Assembly: GCA_030523765.1 (NCBI GenBank)
Contig: JAUNHX010000005.1
Span: forward strand, 5,566 to 69,565
Length of the DNA stretch: 64,000 bases
Origin: Bacteroidales bacterium
GTDB lineage: Bacteria > Bacteroidota > Bacteroidia > Bacteroidales > P3
Direction: 5' to 3'
Below, piece after piece: positions 28,931 through 39,145 of this stretch; within the stretch, counting starts at the first letter, position 1; each line of letters begins with the position of its first letter. A model generated the notes under the pieces. That model searched no databases. It saw only the letters and a list, made by a program, of their open reading frames with translations, and had not been told where the DNA came from. Made by a program: the position numbers and the translations under genes.

Positions 28931-30358
28931 TTAGCTCTTTTGTTTTCGCTTGAATAATTTCTTGCGGAATATGAAGGTGGTGAAGATTAGGTAAACAGCC
29001 ACAAGGATAGCCAACGTAATATAGGTGGCTTTGAGACTGCCTGGAGCATAGCCTACTAACATCAGTACGGGGAATCCGAAGAGGATAGCCGTAAGACTCT
29101 GTAACACTAGGTTGTTGCTGGCGGGAGTCTCGAACTTGGGATCGATTTCGCGTAGAAGTACCATACCGTTGCTGATGGTGCCAGTGAGCATGCCAAACAT
29201 AGCAAAGAATCCCTCGTTTTCGTAGCCTGGATAGAGATGGCGACTGGCGGCACGTACAAAGAAGAAGGTGGCGATAGCACCAAGGGTACATACAATGATG
29301 AGTGGTAGCCAAAGTCCACGGAGCGACTCGAAACTGATAGCAGCGGTGCCTGCAACAATCATAACATCGAAGCAGAAGCCGGCAATGCGGTTTAAGAGAT
29401 AGTTGTTGATATATTCGCGGTGGATGATGCGATGTTTACGGAAACGGTTGATGGCTCCTTTGACAAGTACGCCAAAGAGGGTGCCCCACAAGAAGTTAAA
29501 TCCCCATACCATTGGCTTGATGGTTTTGTTGCCGAAGTTACCCATGTCGAGTTTGTCAATACCCCACATCAAGGCGAACACCAAGGCGTAGACTAGCATG
29601 ACGAGGCAAACCTGTACGGTGAGTTTGTCGATTGATTCGGCATGGGGTATCTCACCTTTCGACTCATAGTCTTGTAACGTGTATTCCTCCTTGTAGTTTC
29701 CTTTCTTGACTCGCAGTTTACCCTGACGGCGGAGGATATTCATATAGATGACTGCAACGAGGCTACCCACAATGAATCCAATAGCTGCAATAGCCAATCC
29801 GAAATCGGCACCAGCAAAGAGGATGCCTTGGTCGGCTGCATGGCCCGCATAGACCTTCCCGAAATTGAGCGCCTGTCCAGGTCCTTGTCCGTAGCCCATA
29901 GGAAGGAGGAGGCCAGAAGCGTAGAAGAAACTTCGGCTATTCCAGAAGAGGAAGAGAGGAATGGTGCAGAGGAGTCCTACGATACCTTGTACGATATAAG
30001 TGCTGGCTGTGAGGCATCCTGATTCGGTAACAACCATGCCACCAGCACGACTCTCGATACTACTGTTCTTCAGTGCTAATGCAATAAAGCCAATACCGAG
30101 GGTGTGATAGGTGAAGGTCTCCATAGCAGCCTTATTGATGATACCGTTTACGGCTGGGATAGCTTTAAGGCAGAGGATAATGAGACCTGCTATGAGGGCT
30201 GTAGGGATAAGGCTGCGGTTTAGCAGTGGCAGTTTGCGACGCAAGGCGTTGGCGATAAGGAGTGCCGCTACGATGATGAACATCTGGATAAGCCAGCCCC
30301 AAGCCTCGGGAGCATTAAAAGACTCCATATAGATGGTTGATGCGGATAGTATTTTCAT
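28931..30358 (-). CDS. Polytopic membrane transporter, sodium/glutamate symporter (GltS/ESS)-like
   Basis: 475 aa with about 10-12 hydrophobic segments. Its overall organisation resembles GltS-family proteins. The assignment is by resemblance only. Confidence 0.45.
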   Translation of the reverse strand: MKILSASTIYMESFNAPEAWGWLIQMFIIVAALLIANALRRKLPLLNRSLIPTALIAGLIILCLKAIPAVNGIINKAAMETFTYHTLGIGFIALALKNSSIESRAGGMVVTESGCLTASTYIVQGIVGLLCTIPLFLFWNSRSFFYASGLLLPMGYGQGPGQALNFGKVYAGHAADQGILFAGADFGLAIAAIGFIVGSLVAVIYMNILRRQGKLRVKKGNYKEEYTLQDYESKGEIPHAESIDKLTVQVCLVMLVYALVFALMWGIDKLDMGNFGNKTIKPMVWGFNFLWGTLFGVLVKGAINRFRKHRIIHREYINNYLLNRIAGFCFDVMIVAGTAAISFESLRGLWLPLIIVCTLGAIATFFFVRAASRHLYPGYENEGFFAMFGMLTGTISNGMVLLREIDPKFETPASNNLVLQSLTAILFGFPVLMLVGYAPGSLKATYITLAILVAVYLIFTTFIFRKKLFKRKQKS

Positions 30359-30457
30359 TTTGTAAGTTGTTAATTATTGGAATATTACATGATTGTATAA
30401 TTGAAGAGTGAACCACTTCTGGAAAGGGGAGAGGTAGCCTCTAAAATACATCATAAC

Positions 30458-30838
30458 TTATTTATATTTAAACTCTTCTATATTTCGTCGATCGCGCTTG
30501 GTGGGACGGCCAGCACCACGATCGCGTCGCTCATAGCCATACTGTCGTACCATCTGTATACGTTCGTATTCCTCTTTGGGTGTGAGGTCAATAACGAAAT
30601 TATTTACTAGTTTGGCTCCCACACGGTTGTGGATGAGTTCCTTTACCTCGATTTGTTTATGGAGTTGTTCGATAACTAGATCGTAGCGTTCACCTACCTT
30701 CACCTCATGTGAGGCTTTAACTGGGACTCCCTCTTTTTTAATGCGTCCACTGCGGCAAGCCTCGGTGGCGAGACTGCGTGTTTTAAAGAGTCGGATAGCC
30801 CAAAGATATTTATCTATACGTAAAGGTTCGTCGTCCAT
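30458..30838 (-). CDS. hslR: RNA-binding S4-domain protein (Hsp15/HslR-like)
   Basis: 126 aa. LRIDKYLWAIRLFKTRSLATEACRSGRIK..VKVGERY is a typical S4 motif. Confidence 0.7.
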   Translation of the reverse strand: MDDEPLRIDKYLWAIRLFKTRSLATEACRSGRIKKEGVPVKASHEVKVGERYDLVIEQLHKQIEVKELIHNRVGAKLVNNFVIDLTPKEEYERIQMVRQYGYERRDRGAGRPTKRDRRNIEEFKYK

Positions 30839-30853
30839 AGCGATAGTGATTGG

Positions 30854-32161
30854 TTATTTAGCACGGAAATAGATGGTCATAGGTACTCCGTGGAAGTCCC
30901 ACATTTCGCGCATACGGTTCTCGAGGAATCGTTTATAGGGATCGCGAACATATTGGGGTAGATTGCAGAAAAATACAAATTGAGGGAAGGGAGTGGGTAA
31001 CTGAGTGATATATTTTACTTTGATATACTTACCCTTGACAGCGGGAGGAGGATTCTGTTCTTTGACGATGGGAAGCAACATCTCGTTGAGCTCAGAGGTA
31101 GATATTTTACGGCTGCGGGCCTCATAGACCTGCTTGGCTGTTTCGAGTACGCGGAATATACGCTGCTTGTTGATGACGCTGGTGAAGATGATAGGTACAT
31201 CGGTGAAGGGGGCTATACGTTCCTTGATAAGGGTTTCGTATTCCTTATGGGTATGGGTGTCTTTCTCAATGAGGTCCCATTTGTTGACCACAACCACCAC
31301 TCCTTTGTGGTTGCGCTGTATGAGTCCGAAGATATTGAGATCTTGAGCCTCAATGCCTTGAGATGCATCGAGCATCAAGATACAGACATCGCTATTTTCT
31401 ATTGCTCGAATGGAGCGCATAACGGAGTAAAACTCCAAATCTTCACTTACCTTGCCCTTCTTGCGGAGTCCAGCGGTATCAACAAAGTTGAAGTCGAAGC
31501 CAAACATGTTGTAGTGACTATAGATGGAGTCGCGGGTAGTACCAGCGATGGGAGTAACGATATTGCGGTCGGTGCCAGTAATAGTGTTAATAAACGATGA
31601 CTTGCCAACGTTGGGACGACCTACGACACAGATGCGGGGAAGATCGCTCGTAGGATCCTCTTCGCCCTCATCGAAGTCTTTCACAACCTCGTCGAGTAGA
31701 TCGCCTGTCCCGCTGCCGGTGATACCAGCAATGGGGTAAAGCTCACCTAGACCAAGGGCATAAAAATCGGAGAGGTCTTCCATCTGTTTAGCATTGTCGA
31801 CTTTATTGACAACTAAGAGCACTTTCTTTTTGCAACGGCGCAGCATTTCGGCTACATCCTCATCCATAGGGGTGAGTCCTTCGTGGGCATCGACAAGGAA
31901 TAGGATAGTATCAGCTTCGTCGATAGCGAGTTGCACTTGTTTACGGATTTCCTCTTCAAACTCATCATCGCCACCCATCACATATCCACCAGTGTCGATG
32001 ACAGAGAAATGCTTTCCATTCCAATCGGAGTGTCCATATTGTCGGTCGCGAGTAACGCCACTCGTTTCATCGACGATAGCCTTGCGTTCCTCTATGAGGC
32101 GGTTAAAGAGAGTCGATTTTCCCACATTGGGGCGTCCTACGATAGCTACTATATTTGACAT
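30854..32161 (-). CDS. der: Ribosome-biogenesis GTPase Der (EngA)
   Basis: Two tandem G domains ([20 protein letters not shown]; [20 protein letters not shown]) plus a KH-like C-terminus. Confidence 0.9.
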   Translation of the reverse strand: MSNIVAIVGRPNVGKSTLFNRLIEERKAIVDETSGVTRDRQYGHSDWNGKHFSVIDTGGYVMGGDDEFEEEIRKQVQLAIDEADTILFLVDAHEGLTPMDEDVAEMLRRCKKKVLLVVNKVDNAKQMEDLSDFYALGLGELYPIAGITGSGTGDLLDEVVKDFDEGEEDPTSDLPRICVVGRPNVGKSSFINTITGTDRNIVTPIAGTTRDSIYSHYNMFGFDFNFVDTAGLRKKGKVSEDLEFYSVMRSIRAIENSDVCILMLDASQGIEAQDLNIFGLIQRNHKGVVVVVNKWDLIEKDTHTHKEYETLIKERIAPFTDVPIIFTSVINKQRIFRVLETAKQVYEARSRKISTSELNEMLLPIVKEQNPPPAVKGKYIKVKYITQLPTPFPQFVFFCNLPQYVRDPYKRFLENRMREMWDFHGVPMTIYFRAK

Positions 32162-32209
32162 GTCTTTCTTAGATGTGTGTTTTGTTCGTAAAAATAGAAA
32201 AAGGTGTGC

Positions 32210-32608
32210 TTATTGATTGTTGAGTGCGTTAACCACGGTGGATGAATCTTCGTCAACACTGATGAGAACTAACTCGGGTAGGTTGAGGCTGAAGTCCATA
32301 TAACAATTATAAGGAGCATAGTCCTCTGTTTGGTAGGCTACACCGTACACCTTCTCATCATTGCGGATTAGACGGGGAGAACGATAACCCATTACTACGT
32401 TGTGATGCAGTTCACCATAAACAGTGAGGGTGTCGCCAATGCCTTGGGGACTCTCCACCTCGATGAGGTACATAGGCGAAGTGGCTTGACAGAGGTCGCT
32501 ACCAATGATTTTGCCCACAAAATAGAACTCATCATAGTCGTGAAAGCAGCTTGTAGTTAAGAAGGCTGCCAACAGTAGGGCCAAGGTAGTGTATTGTTTT
32601 GTTTTCAT
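32210..32608 (-). CDS. Hypothetical lipoprotein, 132 aa
   Basis: MKTKQYTTLALLLAAFLTTSC lipoprotein signal. It lies 48 nt upstream of der on the same strand. Confidence 0.55.
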   Translation of the reverse strand: MKTKQYTTLALLLAAFLTTSCFHDYDEFYFVGKIIGSDLCQATSPMYLIEVESPQGIGDTLTVYGELHHNVVMGYRSPRLIRNDEKVYGVAYQTEDYAPYNCYMDFSLNLPELVLISVDEDSSTVVNALNNQ

Positions 32609-32633
32609 CTTTCAAACAACATAAAAAGCGATG

Positions 32634-32641
32634 CAAAATTA
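32634..32641 (-). promoter_or_regulatory. -7 box TAATTTTG upstream of the lipoprotein-der unit
   Basis: The minus strand reads cgTAATTTTGcatcgc, 25 nt before ATG 32608. Confidence 0.55.
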
Positions 32642-32781
32642 CGAAGAAATCGGTAAATGGCGGAAAAAATAGGGATATTTTTTCGATAATCAGATGTTAG
32701 GTCCCTTTTTTTTGATAAAGGATAGGTTCATAAAAATGCATATATATGAGAAAAAGTGTGGTAGTCGAAGTTGGTGTAACT

Positions 32782-32823
32782 AAAAAAAAACGACGAAGAG
32801 AACTGTATCGTTTTCTTCGTCGA
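32782..32823 (-). terminator. Rho-independent terminator after lpxA
   Basis: 9-bp stem cgacgaaga/tcttcgtcg (32791-32799 / 32814-32822). On the minus strand it is followed by nine T (32782-32790). It lies 40 nt after the lpxA stop. Confidence 0.85.
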
Positions 32824-32861
32824 GAGGGTAAAGGTATGTTCGTATTAACGAGGAGTATCAA

Positions 32862-33662
32862 TTATTCTTCGCTATTGGTATTCCGACTTACACAGGTGTA
32901 TCCTTTCAGAAGACCAGTGGTGGCGCTGCCGATGAAACTTAGGATTTGTTTGCCTTCATCGGTATTGCTATACTGCTCTTTTATCAATTCAACAGCATTA
33001 GTTACAGTATGTCCCTGTTGGAAGAGAATACGATATATTTTTTGGATGTTATCTATGCTCTCCTGAGAGAAGCCACGTCGATGGAGGCCAATGGTGTTGA
33101 CACCCGAATAGCAGATAGGATAACGGGCTACACGGACAAAGGGTGGGATATCCTTATTAACTAACGAACCTCCCATAGTGATGACGTGCGAACCTATATG
33201 AACGAACTGAAGGATGGCTGTTTTGCCTCCCAGTACGGTCCAGTCGCCAACAATGATATGGCCTGCGAGAGTGGCGTTGTTAGCTAAAACACAGTTGTTT
33301 CCCACTATACAGTCGTGAGCCACATGTACATATGCCATCAGGAGGTTGTTGTTGCCCACCACAGTGCGCCCCGATGCCGAAGTGCCACGGTTGATGGTGC
33401 AGCATTCACGAATAACATTGTTGTCGCCTATTTCGCAGGTGGTATATTCACCATTAAATTTCAAATCTTGGGGGATGGCTGATATAACGGAGCCAGGGAA
33501 AATCTTGCAGCTACGTCCAATGCGGGCGCCGGGGAAGATGGTGACGTTGGGCCCAATCCATGTGCCGTCGCCTATTTCAACATCATCGTATATGGTGGTG
33601 AAATTGCTGATTGTAACGTCTTTGCCTATCTTGGCGTTGGGGTTTAAGTCGTATAAGACCAT
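32862..33662 (-). CDS. lpxA: Acyl-ACP--UDP-N-acetylglucosamine O-acyltransferase
   Basis: 266 aa with left-handed beta-helix hexapeptide repeats (IGDGTWIGPNVTI, VGNNCVLANNATLAGH) and the LpxA-type C-terminal helical domain. Confidence 0.85.
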   Translation of the reverse strand: MVLYDLNPNAKIGKDVTISNFTTIYDDVEIGDGTWIGPNVTIFPGARIGRSCKIFPGSVISAIPQDLKFNGEYTTCEIGDNNVIRECCTINRGTSASGRTVVGNNNLLMAYVHVAHDCIVGNNCVLANNATLAGHIIVGDWTVLGGKTAILQFVHIGSHVITMGGSLVNKDIPPFVRVARYPICYSGVNTIGLHRRGFSQESIDNIQKIYRILFQQGHTVTNAVELIKEQYSNTDEGKQILSFIGSATTGLLKGYTCVSRNTNSEE

Positions 33663-33730
33663 ATCTATTTTGTTTCTTTCTTCTTTGATTTTAACTTAGA
33701 ATGTTTGCTATAACGTAGATGTTTCTATAT

Positions 33731-34651
33731 TTATTGCGATGAAAGTGAATTTTTGTATAATTCTCTCAAATTTTGTGCAAAAATAGTATTGGCGTGGTGT
33801 CCCGGATACTGTATTGTGAAATGACCACGAAGGGGAGCTCCCACCAAAAGAATATCGCCAATGAAGTCTAGCATTTTGTGGCGTGCGGGCTCGTTATCGA
33901 AGATGGGCTGTTGGGTGTTAAGAACACCATTGTGGACAGTTACCTCGTCAGGGTTGATGCCGTAATGTTTAGCTAAACTTCTCTTTACAAGTGGTCCTAG
34001 TGGCTTATCAGTAAATACAAGGGCGTTTTCGAGGCTACCTCCTTTGATAAGTCCGAGAGTAAGGAGAGTGCTGATTTCGTGAAGAAATACGAAAGTACGA
34101 CAAGGTGCCACCTCTTCTGAGTACGTGTTGAAGCCTTGAAGATATGCCTCTTGGCGCCCTAGGACTGTGGTATGAAAGTCGATAATGCAATGCACCGCGA
34201 AATCGTTAGCTGGCTCAACACTGAAGGTTGATGATCCAACAGATAAGGTGTAAGGTTGTGTGATGTTCAGATAGTGGCGAGGAGCATCGAGTTGGAGTAT
34301 GCCTACTTTTTGAATAGCTTCTACCCACTGGATAGCACTACCATTAAGGATCGGAATCTCCTCTCCGTTGGTTTCTATTATGGCGTTGTCGACCTCCATG
34401 CCGTGGAGTGCCGACATTAGATGTTCGATGGTAGAGATAGTGGCTTTACCTTCTTTCAGGGTAGTGCCGCGAGCTGTCGATCCTACTTTGCTTGCCAGCG
34501 CAGGGATGTCGACTTGTGGAGAAAGGTCGGTACGGCGAAAAAGGATGCCACTGTTGGCAGGAGCAGGGCAGAGGGTCACAGTTACTTGTTTTCCAGTATG
34601 GAGCCCTTGCCCAGAGAGAGAGGCTTTACCGTTGAGGGTTGTCTGATTCAT
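33731..34651 (-). CDS. lpxC: UDP-3-O-acyl-N-acetylglucosamine deacetylase (stand-alone, no FabZ fusion)
   Basis: 306 aa. SGQGLHTGKQVTVTLCPAPANSGILFRR, TIEHLMSAL and HKMLDFIGDILL are LpxC signatures. The ORF ends 68 nt before lpxA. Confidence 0.85.
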   Translation of the reverse strand: MNQTTLNGKASLSGQGLHTGKQVTVTLCPAPANSGILFRRTDLSPQVDIPALASKVGSTARGTTLKEGKATISTIEHLMSALHGMEVDNAIIETNGEEIPILNGSAIQWVEAIQKVGILQLDAPRHYLNITQPYTLSVGSSTFSVEPANDFAVHCIIDFHTTVLGRQEAYLQGFNTYSEEVAPCRTFVFLHEISTLLTLGLIKGGSLENALVFTDKPLGPLVKRSLAKHYGINPDEVTVHNGVLNTQQPIFDNEPARHKMLDFIGDILLVGAPLRGHFTIQYPGHHANTIFAQNLRELYKNSLSSQ

Positions 34652-34687
34652 CGTAGGGGGTTGTCGATACTTTTTGTTTTGATGCTA

Positions 34688-36394
34688 CTATCGTATTGGT
34701 TTCAGATGGAAATCTTCCATTCGGTAAATGCTGACAGCCTGGTTCTCGAAACCTCCTAGCTGGCTGCGGACAATCTTTAAGGGGAAGAGAAGCGTAGAGG
34801 GTGCGGTAAACCCCTCAGGGTTGTTCCAGAAGGCTACTCCTTTTTGGTTGAGCGCTGTGACGAAATATAGCATAATATCGTTGGCAACACCAGCATAGAC
34901 ACCAGTAGGGTCGGTGCGATAATGGTTCTTGAAACTGTCGATAAAATCTTTATGGTTGGGGTTGTTCATATCGAGATATGCGGTATAGAGCATATGGTAG
35001 TTCACCTTCTGAAGCTGACTGAAGTCGATATCGGAGATGTCGCGTACATAGTTTGCAGGGGTCATCAGAACTGGTGGTTGGTTGAGTGATACCAGTCGGT
35101 TGAGGAGGTTATTTACCTGGATACGGTCTTTTTCGCGGCTTTGCTCGAAGATGTTTACTATCACATTGTCTGAGGATGCCTTCAGCGTAGTGCTGAGTTT
35201 CCCTACTGCACTCCAATCAAAGAGAGTCCACTGTATGTCGCTGCGTCCTTCGAGCTGGGATGTAAAAGCGTTACGCATCGATTCTTCGGTGCGTGCTTTG
35301 GAGTGTATAATATAAAGGTGTCCACCAGAATGATACTTGGCCATGATGTCGATCATGCTTTTGGCTATTGCTTTATCGGAGGGCATGTATTTTATTACAT
35401 AGGGGTTATCGACCAGTATCTCGTCGCGAGTTGACATAGGACTGACGATGAAGGTGCGGCTCTCCTTGGCTAACTGTGCGGCTTTGGCAAAGGGGCTACG
35501 AGTGAGGAGTGCTATTACTATATCGGAACTGGCACAGTTGTGGCTGTTCCATGCTTCGGTAACAGTGGCATCGTCCTCTGCGCTGACGTCGACTACGTTG
35601 AGTACTACCTTATAACCTTGCTGTTGCAGTTTTTCAACTGCCATTAGAATACCTTCGTAAAACTGGATGAACTCGAACGATTTGTATGTCTTCTTGCCAC
35701 GCTGTTCAACATCGAACTTGGTGGTCGAAATCTCGTTCATGCGATCAAGATATAGGGGCATCAGCACTGAAACATATATTTTATCTTTGCTGATACGTTC
35801 TCGCACATCAATTCGTTGCAGATTAACAGCAGCCTGTGTGGCCTTCTTGGTATCGGTGGTAGTACTCGTTTTTTTCGGTTCAGGAGTGGTGCGGGGTAGG
35901 GTAGTTGTTGAACTATGAGTTCCACTGGTTGGCACCTTAATGGTTTGTCCTGCTTTGAGACCTTCACTCTTTACCAAAGGATTCATCTGCTCCAGTTTTT
36001 CAACACTGGTATTGTAGGTTTTGGCCAATGCATAGAGGGTTTGGCCCTGTTGTACGATGATTTCTTGATAAGGAGCATTAGAGGCAGCGATAGCGCTACC
36101 ACAGGCTTGGGCTACGGCAGCACGACTCTGTGCGTTGACAGGAAGCCATACGGTATCACCAACAGCGATGCTATGAATATCGGTTTTCAATACGGCGGTG
36201 CTATAATGCAAGCCATAGGCCCGCGAAATGGAGAAGACCGTTTGTCCGGGCTGTATGACATAGATATAGTAATTCTTGCCGTTCATCATTTGTGTAACAT
36301 TACTCACCTGGACGGGCGTCGACTGTGCGTAAAGTCCGCCTCCCATAAGGAGGAGACAGAGCACTGTGAGGATTGTTCTTAATGACTTTTTCAT
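34688..36394 (-). CDS. Secreted LysM-repeat protein with C-terminal periplasmic-binding-like domain
   Basis: Signal peptide, then two LysM motifs (YVIQPGQTVFSISRAYGL..., IVQQGQTLYALAKTYNTSVEKLEQMNP), a Thr/Pro linker, and a ~350-aa alpha/beta region. Confidence 0.7.
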   Translation of the reverse strand: MKKSLRTILTVLCLLLMGGGLYAQSTPVQVSNVTQMMNGKNYYIYVIQPGQTVFSISRAYGLHYSTAVLKTDIHSIAVGDTVWLPVNAQSRAAVAQACGSAIAASNAPYQEIIVQQGQTLYALAKTYNTSVEKLEQMNPLVKSEGLKAGQTIKVPTSGTHSSTTTLPRTTPEPKKTSTTTDTKKATQAAVNLQRIDVRERISKDKIYVSVLMPLYLDRMNEISTTKFDVEQRGKKTYKSFEFIQFYEGILMAVEKLQQQGYKVVLNVVDVSAEDDATVTEAWNSHNCASSDIVIALLTRSPFAKAAQLAKESRTFIVSPMSTRDEILVDNPYVIKYMPSDKAIAKSMIDIMAKYHSGGHLYIIHSKARTEESMRNAFTSQLEGRSDIQWTLFDWSAVGKLSTTLKASSDNVIVNIFEQSREKDRIQVNNLLNRLVSLNQPPVLMTPANYVRDISDIDFSQLQKVNYHMLYTAYLDMNNPNHKDFIDSFKNHYRTDPTGVYAGVANDIMLYFVTALNQKGVAFWNNPEGFTAPSTLLFPLKIVRSQLGGFENQAVSIYRMEDFHLKPIR

Positions 36395-36398
36395 AGTT

Positions 36399-36406
36399 CA
36401 AATGTA
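36399..36406 (-). promoter_or_regulatory. -7 box TACATTTG abutting the LysM gene start
   Basis: The minus strand reads TACATTTGaactATG, with only 4 nt between the box and the ATG. Confidence 0.45.
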
Positions 36407-36522
36407 TTTTGGTTAAGTGAACTCTATCACAAGGTTTCCAATGATTGAAATGAGATAACCTGTATGGTGTAGAGATCGCTTTAATGTTTTGGTTCGAAGA
36501 TTGATAGGCTGCAACGTATCGC

Positions 36523-38049
36523 TTATTCCCATTCGATGGTTGCAGGAGGTTTAGAGCTGATATCGTAGACTACGCGGTTGACACCTTTGACACGGTTGAT
36601 GATATCGTTGCTTACTTTTGCCATGAACTCGTAGGGTAAGTGCGACCAGTCGGCCGTCATGCCGTCAACTGATTCAACAGCACGTAATGCTACAGCGCTC
36701 TCATAGGTGCGTTCATCACCCATTACGCCTACCGATTTCACTGGCAGTAGGATAGCTCCAGCTTGCCATACCTTGTCATAGAGATTGTTGTCACGAAGTC
36801 CTTGAATGAAGATGTCGTCAACCTCTTGCAAGATATGTACTTTCTCAGGAGTGATATCGCCGAGGATACGGATAGCCAAACCAGGGCCAGGGAAGGGGTG
36901 GCGACCAATCATCTCGGGTTTCATGTTCAGTTGGTGTCCCACACGGCGTACCTCATCTTTGAAGAGGAGGCGTAGTGGCTCAACCAGTTGCAGTTTCATA
37001 TAATCGGGGAGACCACCTACATTGTGATGTGATTTGATGGTAGCCGAAGGTCCCTTTACCGATTTAGATTCAATGACATCGGGGTAAATAGTTCCCTGTG
37101 CCAACCATTTGGCATCAGTGATGGTTTTAGCTTCAGCATCGAAGACATCGACAAAAGTTTTACCAATGATTTTGCGTTTCTGTTCAGGGTCGGTAACACC
37201 AGCCAATAGAGAATAGAATTTCTGGCTAGCATCGACACCTTTCACGTTCAGTCCCATGTCTTTATATGATTCAAGAACCGACTGAAACTCGTTCTTTCGT
37301 AGGAGTCCGTTGTCTACAAAGATGCAGTGCAGGTTGTGGCCTATGGCACGGTGTAGTAACACGGCAGCTACCGAGGAGTCAACACCACCACTGAGTCCGA
37401 GGATCACTTTGTCGTTGCCCAATTTTTGACGCAGTTCGGCCACTGTGGTCTCGATAAAGGAGGCAGGAGTCCAAGACTGGTCGCAGTGACAGATGTCTAC
37501 TACGAAATTACGCAGAAGTGTTAGTCCGTCAGTGGAGTGGTGCACTTCGGGGTGGAATTGGATAGCGTAGGTCTCTTCGCCTTGGATGTGATAGCCAGCA
37601 TATTTTACACTATCAGTCGAGCATATTACCTCATAGCCCTCGGGTACCATTTCGATGGTGTCCCCGTGGCTCATCCATACCTGTGAGCCAGTAGAGATGC
37701 CTTTCATTAGAGGACTTTCTTGGTTGATATATTGGAGGTTAGCGCGTCCATACTCGCGAATCTTCGACTGCTGTACTCGACCACCGCCCCATTTAGCCAG
37801 ATACTGAGCACCATAGCATACAGCTAGCAAGGGCAGTTTGCCTTTGATATTACTCATGTCAGGGATAGGAGCGTCCTCTGCGTTGCATGAATAAGGACTG
37901 CCAGAGAAGATGACACCTTTCACATCGTTTGTAAAGGTTGGAATCTTGTTGAACGGATGAATTTCGCAATAAATATTCAGTTCACGCACTTTTCGTGCAA
38001 TGAGTTGAGTGTACTGAGAACCAAAATCTAATATGATTATAGTATCCAT
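36523..38049 (-). CDS. guaA: GMP synthase (glutamine-hydrolysing)
   Basis: I chose the start at 38049 ([23 protein letters not shown]). The ORF-track start 38244 adds 65 low-complexity residues. GATase domain, [10 protein letters not shown]-loop, and C-terminal PPATIEWE. Confidence 0.9.
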   Translation of the reverse strand: MDTIIILDFGSQYTQLIARKVRELNIYCEIHPFNKIPTFTNDVKGVIFSGSPYSCNAEDAPIPDMSNIKGKLPLLAVCYGAQYLAKWGGGRVQQSKIREYGRANLQYINQESPLMKGISTGSQVWMSHGDTIEMVPEGYEVICSTDSVKYAGYHIQGEETYAIQFHPEVHHSTDGLTLLRNFVVDICHCDQSWTPASFIETTVAELRQKLGNDKVILGLSGGVDSSVAAVLLHRAIGHNLHCIFVDNGLLRKNEFQSVLESYKDMGLNVKGVDASQKFYSLLAGVTDPEQKRKIIGKTFVDVFDAEAKTITDAKWLAQGTIYPDVIESKSVKGPSATIKSHHNVGGLPDYMKLQLVEPLRLLFKDEVRRVGHQLNMKPEMIGRHPFPGPGLAIRILGDITPEKVHILQEVDDIFIQGLRDNNLYDKVWQAGAILLPVKSVGVMGDERTYESAVALRAVESVDGMTADWSHLPYEFMAKVSNDIINRVKGVNRVVYDISSKPPATIEWE

Positions 38050-38071
38050 AAGATGATTAATTTTTAAATTA

Positions 38072-38079
38072 CAAAAATA
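38072..38079 (-). promoter_or_regulatory. -7 box TATTTTTG upstream of guaA
   Basis: The minus strand reads gTATTTTTGtaatttaaaaattaatcatcttATG. Confidence 0.5.
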
Positions 38080-38604
38080 CAAACTTTTTTCTAAATGGCT
38101 ATTATTAATATCTAAAAAGTTATTAACAAGGGATGTTGAATGTGGACTGTTGACTGGTTTAAGGGAACTATTCCAAGAGTTACTTTTAATTGTTGATAAG
38201 TTTTGAACAATGGTTTTTAATAGTTTTCTTGATTTCGATGGCATTACGTAAAGAGGAAGATTGAACTACTTATTTTGGAGTGATACAAGTATTTTTGCAA
38301 CCTTATTTTTGCGCTAATTATAAGATGCTATTTTGTTCAAATCGGTAAAAAATAAAGGTGCTAAATAAATGATTGGAGATAATTTTATCAAATTGACGCA
38401 TACGGATTTGTAAAGAATTGAAATATATAATTTTGTATAAATGTTTGGCATGAAATATTTGTACGAAATTGGACAAATTATTATTTTTATTATAAATTTT
38501 TATTTGCTGATAATTAATTGTTTGTATATTCTGAACATTGAAACCAAATTCCCATAAAAATTGTTTGTGTAAATAAAAAAAGATTCCGTTGAAAAAAGTG
38601 AGCT

Positions 38605-38612
38605 TATCTTTG
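38605..38612 (+). promoter_or_regulatory. -7 box TATCTTTG upstream of the 123-aa gene
   Basis: gcTTATCTTTGCAACC, 22 nt before ATG 38635. Confidence 0.6.
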
Positions 38613-38634
38613 CAACCGAAAATAAAAAAAAGTT

Positions 38635-39006
38635 ATGAACAACAGATCCTCTTTATCATCTGCCTTCAAGAAAAATTTTTCGAATTTTACTTCCGTTAGC
38701 AATGCTGCTCAGAGTGATGCTAGTCAGTCTACCGAGAATAAAGAAAAATGTTTGGTAGTTCCGATGTATCCAGAAAAGGGTTCCGTTGAACGTAAACATT
38801 TTACCGATCGACTAGCGCGTCAGTTCAACCTAGTTGACAATGAGGAGTATCGTGATGATATGTCGATTGAGGAGAAAATAAATTATAACAATCATATCCT
38901 TTTTCAGACAACGCTGATTCATAGTGTTGTTCGCAGAATGGCTCTTATTACATCATTGGTTTTAGGTGCTGCATTAGTGTTAATCCTCCTTGCCCTTGCC
39001 TTATAG
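38635..39006 (+). CDS. Hypothetical tail-anchored membrane protein, 123 aa
   Basis: It has its own promoter box and terminator, and a single C-terminal TM helix (MALITSLVLGAALVLILLALAL). I recognise no family. Confidence 0.5.
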   Translation: MNNRSSLSSAFKKNFSNFTSVSNAAQSDASQSTENKEKCLVVPMYPEKGSVERKHFTDRLARQFNLVDNEEYRDDMSIEEKINYNNHILFQTTLIHSVVRRMALITSLVLGAALVLILLALAL

Positions 39007-39044
39007 ATAAAAAACTATACCACGTATTCCACAATAATTAGAAG

Positions 39045-39071
39045 CCGACCCTTATCCAGGTCGGTTTTTTT
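39045..39071 (+). terminator. Rho-independent terminator
   Basis: ccgacc-cttatcca-ggtcgg followed by T7. Confidence 0.75.
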
Positions 39072-39132
39072 ATTGCGTGTAACAAAAAAACATCCCATAA
39101 TAAAAAAATATTGGTATATATAAAAATATTCT

Positions 39133-39140
39133 TATCTTTG
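39133..39140 (+). promoter_or_regulatory. -7 box TATCTTTG abutting the bamD start
   Basis: TATCTTTGcaaccATG, with 5 nt between the box and the ATG. Confidence 0.55.
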
Positions 39141-39145
39141 CAACC

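Noticed and set aside
38050-38244. N-terminal extensions given by the ORF track for guaA (38244), nrdD (26101), coaBC (40458, TTG), the DUF748-like gene (44874, GTG), the lipoprotein (28297) and the cargo gene (2113).
   Set aside because: The extensions are low-complexity or lack signal features, and some use non-ATG codons. Internal ATGs give canonical N-termini, signal peptides or lipoboxes. For nrdD the extension overlaps the riboswitch expression platform.
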